Shown piece after piece: positions 1 through 11,712 of a stretch of DNA of 64,000 bases (within the stretch, counting starts at the first letter, position 1; each line of letters opens with the position of its first letter). The notes below the pieces were generated by a model that saw only the letters and a program-made list of their open reading frames with translations, was not told the origin of the DNA and did no database searches. This DNA is from Camelus dromedarius (lineage: Eukaryota): NCBI RefSeq assembly GCF_036321535.1, contig NC_087437.1:46006001-46070000 (forward strand). The letters run 5' to 3'. The translations under genes and the position numbers were made by a program.

Positions 1-229
1 GAGTGACACAGGCGGGGGTGAGGCACAGGGGAAAAGGCTCCTGTCTTTACTCAGCAGTCACCCCCACAGCTCTCCTCCCACTCCCACCAGGTACTGGGGA
101 GCAGCCATCATTTTCCTATGGCCTCTGGCCATGGTGGGCACCTTCCCAAACCAAACTCAACAGTGCTTCAAGAATTTTCCAAATGAAATAGAGAAAGAGG
201 TAGTCCCTACTCTACAGCAGGAGAAAACA

Positions 230-540
230 GGATAAAAACTGGCACTGTAGAGTTATATTTTTCCTCCTTATGAAGAAAGGCAATCTACTATGGGAAAATG
301 AAACTAATCTATTAAAAAAAAAAAAAAAAGGCAAAGTTGTTGACAAAGATTCCTGGTAGCTTTCAAATGGGTCTGGTTCTAGTTGTCTCCTGAAGCCCAG
401 CTGGCTCAAGGCTCTTCCTTACATTTGAGTCATTCACTCCGTTTTGGATTCCATATACCAATAAATCTCCCTTTTTGGCTTAAGCTAGTCTGAACTGAGT
501 TTCTACCTTACAACTAAAATAAAATTCTGATTCATATACC
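230..540 (+). mobile_element. LTR16-like ERVL solo LTR fragment
   Basis: 3' end 'ttttggcttaagctagtctgaactgagtttctaccttacaac' resembles the LTR16 terminal consensus. Confidence 0.5.
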
Positions 541-1009
541 AACTTTGAGAAGCTGACCACATGATTAATCAAGACAGAATATCACAGGTAAATGTAAATA
601 AAGGCAAATGACAAAATCTTCTGAACCTGCACAAAATTTAAATGGGGGTATCTAGCCCTCATTATTTTTCTTGAATGAAATACATATCTTTAACTTAAGA
701 AAAATAAAGTGTTTACTTACTAAAACTCTAACATTATGATTACCACATGCACATATTCAAATTGGCTCATCAATTATTCATTTATGTTTTTTTCCTGGTT
801 CAAACACCATCTGTAAGTACGTTCCTCCAGGAAAAGTGGACAGCACTCACATATGTCCCTGGGCTTCCAAGTGTCGATACCAATGTAAGAAAGTCTCTTC
901 CAACCCTCCCCTAAATGTTGACCTTTTAAAGAATAATTTCTAGTATTCCGTTGTAAGGACAAACCAGTTTAAGCCTATCAGCTGGTCACAAAAACATTCC
1001 TGAGAGAAC

Positions 1010-1500
1010 AGTTCACTCAAATATTTACTGAACACCTACCAGGTCCTGTTTTAGGTCCTGAAGTGACAAGACAAGAGTCCAACTCTGTACTCACAGAGTT
1101 TAAATAACAGAGGTGAGTTTAAAAAGAAATCAATAATTAAGGCTATCAGAAAGATAAGTGCTATGCTACTGAAAATGGCGAGGGAGTGGACAGCTACTTC
1201 ACTGTGACTTCTCTGAGGCACTGGCAATGGAACTGAAATCTGAATGACATAAAGTAATTAGCCATTGACAATCTCAGGGCAAAGCTTGAGGAAAAGAGCA
1301 AAGCAATTAAGGCACTGAGATAGGAACAAGCTTGTTCAGTGGTGTGGAGGTGGTATAGCTGGGCACAGAGAACAAGGACAAAGGTGCCAGGAGATAGGAT
1401 ACGGTTTCTGAAGTGGCTAAAGGCAGACCATGCAGTGGTGGGACCCTCATAGGCTAAAGAAAAAAGTTTGGGTTTTATACTGAGTATGTTGGAAAACTCA
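1010..1500 (-). mobile_element. LINE-2 fragment (3' end)
   Basis: 'ttcactcaaatatttactgaacacctacc' is the reverse L2 tail, followed by purine-rich L2-like body. Confidence 0.6.
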
Positions 1501-3565
1501 CAGAGAAAACGGAAGGAAACTGATACTTATTGAGCATCTCATATAGTGCCAGACAAAATGGTACATACAAATACTTCTGCCGTGCATTCTATAAAACCAC
1601 ACATGCATCCATCCGTGTAAGTTATACCAGTGAATTTTCCATAAGATTTATCAAAAGGTCATTATGATGATGTTGTGTACAATCTCAAAAATAAAAAGGC
1701 ACTTTTCCTGTTACCACAAGTTCTCACTTATAGGAAGTCACTTCTATGTTGATTTGTCAGACCAAATGAACCAAGTTACCTACTAGCAAAACACACATGA
1801 GTCATCTGGAAGAAAATGCAAGAAAGGCAAATGAGACTAGATGAAATAAGGCAGCCAGCTATTCACAAGAGTATGTGACCCAAAAAAGGGAACAAACCAA
1901 GCAGAGAGCAAGAAATTAGAAAACACACCCAGCACAAGGAGCAAAGAGCCTAGGGATACAAAATTAAGTTATCTTCTTAAACAAAAGTGCTCTCAGGCAG
2001 ACCAGTAAACAAAGAGTAAAAAAACACAAAAGCTTCTAAGATAAATTCTCTGTGTATTTCATTTAATATTACCTTGCCTGTTTTAACAACATTCAGAGGC
2101 AAATGAAAATGTTCATCTTTTAAATGTACCATCCTTAGTAATTCTTTAAGTCTGCTGATGAATTTTAAATTTTTTACTTATTAAATACAAATACTTCTTT
2201 AAAATATCACTGAAATACTGTGGCAATGATTTTACTTCAAAGTTTAAAACTGAAAATCCTTCCTTATAACAAATTCTGGTTTCCAGAAAGCAGCTCAACT
2301 ATCTCCCTCTGACAAAAGGATCATCTATTACACCTCAATAAAGCTGGGGGAGTATAATGGGGGTCATCTTCCACTCTGGAAGGCTCCAAATGATAACACA
2401 ATCACATCTACCAAGACCTCTCATCTCTTATCTCCAACCTCCACTCCAAACACCCAATAGCTCAGATTATCCTGGATATTTTCATCAGGAGCTAGAAGTA
2501 GAGGATGTTACAGTAGCTCACCCTAACAACTGGGTGTTACCATCATCTACTCCTATTTCTTCCATCTCTGACCCTCCTCTATCTTCCAAATCTGTCTCAT
2601 CATTACTTATCATCATTAAATGAAAGTCTAATGCCACTGGCAGCCTACACTCAACAGCAGAACACAGGAAGAAAGTATAGGATATTTCCACGCTAGAATG
2701 AGGGTAGTCACAAACCAGGAGAAGAGGGTCAGAATTAAGATCCAATCTGGGCCACAGAATCACTCATACAGCAATGGCTGGTTTAAAGAGACAACGTGTA
2801 CATGTCCTCTAAGCCCTGAGGAAAAGTCACTGTCAAAGGGGGAGAGCATGAGCAGATACACTGACTGAGCACATCCAAAGAACCAGGAGCCAGGCAAGAT
2901 GGCATCATCAGTATCCGGTAAGTGATAACTAGGGGGAAAAAAGAGACCAAGGGGGAATAAATTAGAAAAAGTACATGAGTATCAGGAACATGCAGACAAG
3001 TCCACACAACACCCCAAATTCAGGTTTAACTGCTAATGTCAGGTCAAGGTGTTTGTTTCTTTTACCCTGGTTTTGAGCATATTCACTGTCTTTGCAGACA
3101 CCAAAAACTGCAAACAGGATGCTAAGTTATCAAGCAGACCCTCACAAGTCTTATAGTATGAACACAATGAGTCCAAGCATCGATGAATTTGTGAAAACGG
3201 ATAGATTCCTTTTCTGCTTTTGTATAGTTGGATCATCCTCAAAGAAGCAAAGGTCTATACTAGGAAACTATAACTCAGTGAGAGAGCTTCATGGGTTCAA
3301 CTCAACATGAATGCACAATCTATAGTGTACCATGCACTGGACAAGATGCTGAAGATAAAGATGTTGAAATGTAGCTGTCCTCAAGGAAGGCCCTGCCTAG
3401 TGAGACAGAGACAACAAATAACCCAAAACCAAAAAGATGTCTGTGCCAGAAACAGATGTCCAGTGGTCACAGGCCAGGATGTTAACTTAAGACTGTCATA
3501 GCAATAAGCTTAATCTTCAATCAAACAGTGTAACTTCAGGCAGCGAACATGTTATGGCATGATAG

Positions 3566-3690
3566 TTTTTATTGGCGGAGGGGAATCAGGTTCATTTACT
3601 TCTTGTTTTAACGGAGGTACTGGGGATTTAACCCATGACCTCGTGCAGGCTAGGCATGCACTTCTACCACTGAGCCATGCCCTCCACGGC
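3566..3690 (-). mobile_element. tRNA-derived camelid SINE (Vic-1 type)
   Basis: Minus strand reads GGGCATGGCTCAGTGGTAGA (A box)...GGGTTAAATCCCCAGTACCTCC (B box). Flanked by near-direct repeats ttatggcatga (3552) and ttatggtatga (3691). Confidence 0.85.
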
Positions 3691-4237
3691 TTATGGTATG
3701 AGTTTTTAAATAGTACAAAACAACCTAACCAAATTTCTTCCCAAATGGGATATAAGAAACTTAATATTATGGTTATTGCTCTGTTAATAATTACTGCTGT
3801 TTACGAAAGGCATCCAGGGCTCTTAATCCAGAGCTGTTTGCAGATTACCTCTCCAAAAAAGTCTTACATTCACATTTATTAGCAATCAAAATTTCTCATC
3901 CTTTGTATGCATATTTTACAAAAATTGGGGCATTCAACCTTCAGGATCCTCACGGAGCGTCAGAATTTTACCTAATGACATTAGCACCAATGAGTGTAAC
4001 CTATCTATGCTCTATCATTCATCATAATTTGTTTCTAATTTTGAGTACTGATTCTAAATCCATAAAGATCAAACTCCTTTGAACCAGTCTTTTCTGAATC
4101 CAATGAATAATGAAATTCTCATTACTTATAAAATAAAATCAGTTTAAAAGTTTATAAAAGCATGTTTATAAATGAAAGAGTATAGAAAATGAGTGTGTAC
4201 CACATATTAAAGTAAGCATAATTCCCTGAACACTTAC

Positions 4238-4402
4238 CTCAGTATTTCTGCACATACACAAATCCTAGGTTCTGTCAAACGTATTTCCTAGTGAAAGTCC
4301 AAGTCAAAGTCTTCAGAATGTGTCTAACATGTGCATCTGAAATGACTGATCCATCCAGGCAGTGTTCACTGAGAGCCAGAGCAGTGCTGGATCTCTCAGA
4401 GA
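4238..4402 (-). other. Candidate non-coding cassette exon (165 nt) in intron 1
   Basis: Acceptor ctctactcctttttccag| at 4403/4402 and donor GAG|GTAAGT at 4238/4237. Motif evidence only. Confidence 0.3.
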
Positions 4403-4749
4403 CTGGAAAAAGGAGTAGAGATTCCATTCCAAACAGCAAAAAAGTTTTTTTTTTAAAGTACTTAACTTTTTGTTAAAACAGCTTATCAAGATGTGACCAA
4501 ATTCAATATAAAATATTATTGTAAAACAACCTATATTATCAGTTCTACCACAAAGCTCCATAGTACACATTCTTATGTGAGCAACAAAAGCTCAATCACC
4601 AAATGTAGTCACCAGCCCTCCGAACTGGGAATGCTAACCATCCCACTCTGCGCAGTTGCCACAGAAAGCCATGACGGTTTAGAGGAGCGGCGTCACTTTT
4701 CTGCCTCTCGCTACAGCTGCTGGTGCTTTTGTTAGATGCAGCAGCAAGG

Positions 4750-4990
4750 AGTAGCTAGCATTTATTGAGTACTTCCTATGTGCCAGCCCTATGATAACTA
4801 CCTTATGTTCATTCATGTTTCATTACTCACAACTGCTCTACAAAGAAAAATTCCCATTTGCCAGAGTGGAAACCAACTGGAGTGGTTACATAATTTCCCA
4901 AAACCATACAACTGATAAGTCAGGGAGACAGGATTCAAACCACCTATGCCTGGCTCAGGAGGCTGAGTTCTTCACAGTAATACCCTACAG
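4750..4990 (-). mobile_element. MIR SINE
   Basis: 'gctagcatttattgagtacttcctatgtgccag'...'caggattcaaaccacc' are MIR hallmarks. Confidence 0.65.
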
Positions 4991-5699
4991 TAAGAGTTTA
5001 CCACCAAAGATCAGACACAGACCCTACCTAGTCCTCTGATCACCAAAGAGAGATGCACTGCTCTCAGGAAAGGCTAGGGTCAGGTCACATTGTAGCAGAA
5101 TTAAATGCACAAAAATGGAATAAGAATCTGATACACCTATCTCCTTGGAATCAATAATACATACATCCAAATTCACAAGTCATGTTAGGATCAGTGCAGT
5201 ATCACAATCTACAGTTCCACAAATCCCATTATAACAAAGACTACCATAATTATTGGAACTGACTACAAAACTATGAGAACCCTCATTTTCACCTGATTTC
5301 CAAACCCTTGGGAAAACAACACTTTGTGAAAGCAGGCAACAACTATGAACTTCTGTACAATCATCTCCTTTTACAGTTTGCATCGAGTTAATTTCTAATT
5401 ATCAACCTTGGATAGGACTCGAAAATCACCAGTTCACTATCACTAAATACTTCCACTGGTCTGATGACCCAATCATGAAACAGAGCCGGCACATTTTAAT
5501 CATATTCAATGGCTCTAATTCTGCCAACAAATCTGAGAAATAAAAATAAATGTTTGCAAAAATATACAGTTCCATCTCTTCAAGAACTGCTGAAAAACAT
5601 GGGAGAAATTAACATGGTTTTCTCTCTTCTTTTGACATAGAAAGATTAAGAATTCTTAACTGGATGTCTTGCTTTTTCACAACCCTTACTTTTTTTTTT

Positions 5700-6030
5700 T
5701 TTTTAAATGGTTAATACTAATATAGTAAGATTCAAACAGTTCAGAAGATGATATGTGAAAATAAATTTCTCCTACATCTGATGACATGGCCTCCCCACCC
5801 CAACCCCACCCCAAAACCACTATTACTAGTTTCCTGTGTATCTTCCTGCAGTCACCTTGAGCATATAAACAAACAATATATACACAAACATACACACTCC
5901 ATCCTGTGTATCCTCCTTTCCATTCCTCTCCCTCTTTTTAGGCTGAAATGGCAGCAGACTATACAGGATCCTCCACCTCCATGTTTTTTTCACTTAAGTG
6001 TATCTTTGAGAAGATCCTATAAATACTAAC
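5700..6030 (-). mobile_element. Old L1 (L1ME-like) 3' UTR fragment
   Basis: T-tract followed by 'accactattactagtttcctgtgtatcttcc...ttttttcacttaa', typical of reverse L1ME ends. Confidence 0.55.
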
Positions 6031-7107
6031 AAGAAAGCCATAAACATCAAATCTAAAGAAAACTGTAAAGAAACAATTTGCACAAAAGATCTCTCACCAG
6101 GTGTTAAAACTGGTGACCTCTGCTGGCAGGACAGAAGGAAATCTAAGGTCAAAGAAGTAATCCCCATGAGGGTCTGTTAGTTTTTGCACAAGAATAGGAA
6201 AACTATTTCCCTGATAACAGACTGCACTCCTAACCCCAGTCTGTGATCTCTCAAATGTATACTGCTTACTAAGGAAGATAAAGGTAATTTAGAAAAAAAT
6301 CCATCACTTCAGTGGGTTAAAAACTTTTAAGTACATAGCATATTAATTTTTAAATAAAAAGGTGCCAAGAAACATCACTACAGATACAAACAGCATCTAA
6401 AATTCATACATGAATGATAAATTTTATCCTATAAAATAATACTTATACAGAAAAATATTAAGGAAATTCATTATCTATTCCCATTATCTTATTTCAGAAA
6501 CTCAAAGTAGATAACCCAATTGCCTTACACTGTCAGTTAATGGCATCTGATAGCCACAAAATAGAAATGGAACAAAATTAGTATACACTCTACCCAACTA
6601 GCCTGTTCAAATTAAGGAGAAAAGCATAAAACACCTCTCCCTAACCCATAAGCTATGTTCTATTAGCAGCTGAAGGTAACCACCAAAATACGCTATTACT
6701 ACTAAACTTCCCTGGTAAGGTGTTTCCTTATGCTAATGTCAAGTACTTCCTATTATTCTATGCAAGGCTGTGTATTTTCAGTCTTTAAATACCCTAAGCA
6801 AATTTCCCATGTAATGTCTCTCAAAAAAAAAAATCATTAAATGACAGAATCTAAGAATTTTAATACAGGAATTCACTGTATAAGTATCAGGAGAATGACA
6901 GAGCAAATTTTAGGTAGCATTTCATTTGATCCTCTTATACATTTCTAGAAGCTAAATAACTCATCCACGTAACTATGGCTTTGCAAAAAATGGTAAAAAT
7001 TCACTTGGTTAATATTGAATTAAATATTCAATTTAAAGCATTATAACGCTACCCACCATTCAAGTTGATAAGCAGTAAGAACAAAAACACAAACATCCAC
7101 TTAGCAC

Positions 7108-7592
7108 CTTGTGACTGGATAAAGATGTGGTATATTTATACAATGGAATACTATACAGCCATAAAAACCGACAACATAACGCCATTTGCAGCAACATAGA
7201 TGTTTCTGGAGAATGTCATTCTAAGTGAAGGAAGCCAGAAAGAGAAAGAAAAATACCATATGAGATCACTCATATGTGGAATCTAAAAAAAAAACCATAA
7301 ATACAAAACAGAAAGACTCATAGACACAGAATACAAACTTATGGTTGCCAAGGGGGCGGGGGTTGGGAAGGGACAGACTGGGATTTTAAAATGTAGAATA
7401 GATAAACAAGATTATACTGTATAGCACAGGGAAATATATACAAGATCTTGTGGTAGCTCATAGTGAAAAAAAAATGTGACAATGAATGTATGTTCATATA
7501 TAACTGAAAAATTGTGCTCTACACTGGAATTTGACACAACATTGTAAAATGACTATTACTCAATAAAACCATGTTAAAAAAAAAAAAACAAA
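7108..7592 (+). mobile_element. 5'-truncated young L1 (ORF2 end, 3' UTR, polyA)
   Basis: 'tggataaagatgtggtatatttatacaatggaatacta'...'gccatttgcagcaacat'...aataaa plus A-tail. Approximate TSD cacttagcac (7098) / cacttggcac (7593). Confidence 0.9.
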
Positions 7593-8929
7593 CACTTGGC
7601 ACTGTTATGATGCCTATTATTTAGTGTGCTAACCAGGACACAACGCAAAAAAAAAAAAAAGAAAGAAAAGCACTGCCACCAATTTTGATCTCCAACAAAA
7701 TAAAGATATCAAGATGTAGATTGATGTCTAGTTCTTAAAAAGTAAAACTCTTCACTGTTTTTGTTTTAAAATAATTAAAAATTTAAACCATCTCCTTTAC
7801 TTAAAAAAAAATAAGTCTGAGAGTCCAGAGTACAGTTTCATATAAAGAATTATTCTATTAAGATACTGGAATGACCATCTCTGACCCTTGGTCTCCATGT
7901 TTTATTGTTTTTTTTTTCTTTAATTCTACTTTCTGAAACAAACTTTCAACAGATAAAGAGGAAAACAGGCGGCAAACTCTCCAGTTTAAACATTCAATAC
8001 CCATTCTTCCTCATTCATTCTTCAAACAATTCATTTCACATAAATATCTTCCTTAATCTGGGCGCTTTGTTCACTGCAATTTAATTTTTGATCTTTCAGC
8101 ATGACACTTATAGCTTGAATGTATTCATTCTGAGTTCAGAATCTAGGCTCTCAGAAAGCAGGGTAACGTCCAACTCATTCTGTTTGATGCCGAAGCTTAC
8201 ATTTTAAAATTCTAAATATGACAGAATACCACATCAGTTGCCTTTAGAATTGCCCAGGCTGTCTGGAACTGATGTAGCACACCTTTACCATAAGAACCTA
8301 CTGAAGAGAGACAGCTACAGTGATGTTCCTCTGGTAGATTAAACCCACTTACACTGTATGATAGATGCACATTAATATATTCAGAGCAACGGCTCAGTCG
8401 GGACACCAGTGTGGTCAGAACACTGTCAAACATCCTGAGAGCTAAAAACATAATTTTATTTAGACACACTACAGAAAAAATAACAAGCAAAAAAGCCCGA
8501 GGGTTAAAAAATAAAATCCAAAATTTTAAGTTTCATAATAACTAACACAAATATAACCAGATAAAGCCAACTTAGTGTGACATGATTCCCAACTAGACTA
8601 GATTTTTCACTAGTACTGTGGCTACTATTCCAGGATTAAGAGGCTAGAACTATCCATTTTAATTCCATTGTAAGTGTTGACTAGGTTTTTTTTCCTTCCT
8701 TGTCAACACTAGCAGCATCAAAATTCAAATTAACAGTCAAATGTGACTACAGTACTTTAACCAAAAACAAAGTGTAAATGTGACTATAATATAACTAAAC
8801 TTTGAAGGCCTAATTCAAAAAGCTTCTGCCACATCAACAAGCATGAAACAGGACTGTCACTGTTCTTATTTTAACATGGGCCCTCAGAGAAAAATCCACT
8901 TTATCATGAAGATAGTATAATACAAAAGT

Positions 8930-9450
8930 CAAGGATTCTGCTAAATACTATGAGGAAAATGTCCTTTCCTTAAAGAAATGTAGCATGCAGCTGAGGCAAT
9001 GTGACACACACTCACAAAACAGTAAGTAGTTATGGAGCTTTTCTGATATTCCTTAAAGGCAATGGAACCTCAGAGAAGAAAAATATCCTGAGTCAGGATG
9101 GCCAGAAAAAGCTTCATGAAAGAAGTGGGACTGAAACTAGGCTATAAAAAGGACAAAGGGAAGGAACAGTACATGCAAAAGCAGAGGAGTAATGAGTACA
9201 GCAAAACTGCAGAATCTGATAGGTAGGCAAAAATCCCCATTGGAGAAGAATGGGAAATGAATCCAAACAGGTAAAATGGAGCCTTAAAAGCCAGACCTGA
9301 TGCGCATGAACTACATCCAGTTGGCAACGGGAAGCCATTACGGGTTCTCTGGCAGGAGAACCGACATGATGAAGCCAGTACCTTAAATAAACTACATTAT
9401 CAGTAGTTAGAGACAGGATGGAGAAGAAAGGCTACTCAGGGCAACTTACT
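8930..9450 (-). mobile_element. LINE-2 fragment
   Basis: 'ggcaacgggaagccattacggg...gacatgat' and neighbouring motifs resemble the reverse L2 body. Confidence 0.5.
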
Positions 9451-9631
9451 AGAAAAGTAATGCATTAACCCCAAACCTAAAACCATTCATTCATTCTTTC
9501 CTTCACTTACTGAGAAAACAGTCTGCTAGTTATGAAACACTGGCCTAGAAGTCAGCCACACTGGGCCTAAATCCCTCTGCACCCTTTACTACCCAAGCGT
9601 TGGTTTCCTCACTATTAATAATCAGGATACT

Positions 9632-10230
9632 CAAAGGAAACTCTAATTTGAAAAGACACGTGCACCCCAATCTTCATAGCAGCACTATTTACAGTAGCCA
9701 AGACATGGAAGCAACCTAAATGTCCATCAACAGATGACTAGATAAGAAAGTTGTGCTATATATATACATATGGCACTACTTATATGTGTATATATAGATA
9801 TATATAATGGAATACTACTCAGCCATAAAAAAATAATGCCATTTCCAGCAACATGGATAGACCTAGAGATTATCATACTAAGTGTAATAAGCCAAACAAA
9901 GAACAAATAATGTATATCACTTATATGTGGAAGTGCAGAAATTTACTTACAGACTCACAGACATAGTAAAAAAACTTATAGTTACCAGAAAGAAAAAGGG
10001 AGGGGAGGGATAAAGTAGGAGTCTAGGATTTGCAGATACTAACTACCATATATAAAATTGAAAAACAACAAGGTCTTACTGTTTAGCACAGGGAACTATA
10101 TTCAATCTGTTACAATAACCTATAATGGAAAAGAATATGAAAAACAACATACATGTATAACTGAATTAAAATGCTGTACAACAGAAACTATCAACATTGT
10201 AGATCAACTATACTTCAATTAAAAAAAAAA
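9632..10230 (+). mobile_element. 5'-truncated L1 inserted in a MIR
   Basis: 'gcaccccaatcttcatagcagcactatttac...gcaacctaaatgtccatcaacagatga' through 'caactatacttcaatt' plus polyA. TSD aatcaggatact (9620) / aatcaggaaact (10231). MIR-like sequence on both flanks. Confidence 0.9.
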
Positions 10231-10959
10231 AATCAGGAAACTAGCCACTCAGATTGTCACAAGTACCTGTCAAAGCGTCTTCAGAGTCCTGACGCAAAGA
10301 ACTCTAGTAGTAGTTAACATTACCGCTGAATTAAGAATGGTTAAAAAAAAAAATGGGAAGGGATAAGATAAGGCTCACAGACATTTCAGAGAAACAGAAC
10401 CTCCAAGAAGAACTGTCTTGACAGCAGCTGAAAATATAGAACAAGAACACATATAGATGAAAGGTTGTGGCTAGAGAAAACAATAACCTAATTAAAGTAA
10501 TCACTCCAATTTAAAAAGCAGATCCTAGATACTGCCCAATCCAGCCTCAAAAAATTAAATCCCTTTTTACTTAAAAATAGTTGGAAAATGTTTCAAATGG
10601 TGTGCGCAGACTTCAGAAGTCCAAGCCCAAGTAACAGAAGAACAGCAACAAAGGCACACAAAAGACCCACCACTGTACCTATGACAACCGTGGAACTTGG
10701 TATTGTTCCCATTTAGTGTTAAAATCCAACCTAATTCTTCAAGGAAGCCTTAAGTCACAGCTTTAAGAGTAAATAAATTATGCTAAGCTTATTTCAACTA
10801 TTTTGCCCAGGAACTCAGGAAATAAAATTGCCAAATACCTTCTATAACATTATGCCCCTACTTAAACAAACAACAAGCAAATATAATACAAAAAAGCAGA
10901 CTTCAAATCCAAACCTATTATCGTCCTAAACCTACATTTCCCAGATGCTTGTCACTAAT

Positions 10960-11150
10960 GTTCTCAGCAACTTTACATACAATTCTCTTAATCCTCTCAG
11001 CTCCTCAAAATGGACTGTCCCATTACAAAGGAGGAAAGTGAGACACAATGGGAGTTATATTCCCCCTAGGTGACAGAACTAATAAGGGGTGGAGCCTGAG
11101 TTTGAAATCTGGGACTTCACCTGAGAACCCCGAACAGAACCACTATGCTG
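10960..11150 (-). mobile_element. MIR SINE
   Basis: 'cccattacaaaggaggaaagtgagacac...ggtgacagaactaataag' is a diverged MIR core. Confidence 0.5.
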
Positions 11151-11539
11151 CAAAAAAAGACTTTTATGATTTTACTTATACAAGTTTTGGGGAATATGTA
11201 CTACTCTGAGGTACTCTTATTTGCTTTTCCTTCTTAATTGTAGGCATGGAACCACATTTTCTTATTTCTGCTGGCAGCACATGGACAGGCCACAACATCA
11301 CTGTCAATCTTAAGGTAGGAAATACAACAGCTGACAAGACTGCATCTTACTAAACAGTTTCAGAGAATTAAGCACAATGATATTTGAGCCCTATGAATTT
11401 CATTTATCCACGCAATCACTTGACCCAGTTAGTAGAGATCCCAAATACAGAATTATAAACTTGATCAGAAACAAGAGTTTTTGCAAGAACGTTTAGACAA
11501 GACTGACAAAACAGCTGGGGAAATGTGGCACAGCTACAG

Positions 11540-11712
11540 TCACCTAGAAAGAACATGGACTAGGGCTCAGACAGACCTGAGTCTGAATCCCAGTGCATCA
11601 CTTGATCACTCTGTGGCCTTGGACAAGTTTTTAATTTATCTGCACCTCGCTGTTTCATCATCCACAAGAACCCAATACTACCCATCTCATAGGATTAGCC
11701 TGAAGTATAAAT
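11540..11712 (+). mobile_element. MIR SINE
   Basis: 'cagacagacctgagtctgaatcccag...tgtggccttggacaagtt...ctgtttcatcatc' MIR core. Confidence 0.65.

Noticed and set aside
2357..3010. Unique-looking segment with 74-88 aa ORFs (possible retrocopy)
   Set aside because: No recognisable protein in the frames examined, and no polyA or TSD.
3600..3690. tRNA-like A and B boxes (also 46626-46710)
   Set aside because: These are diverged SINE heads with A-rich tails (and a TSD at the first copy), not tRNA genes.
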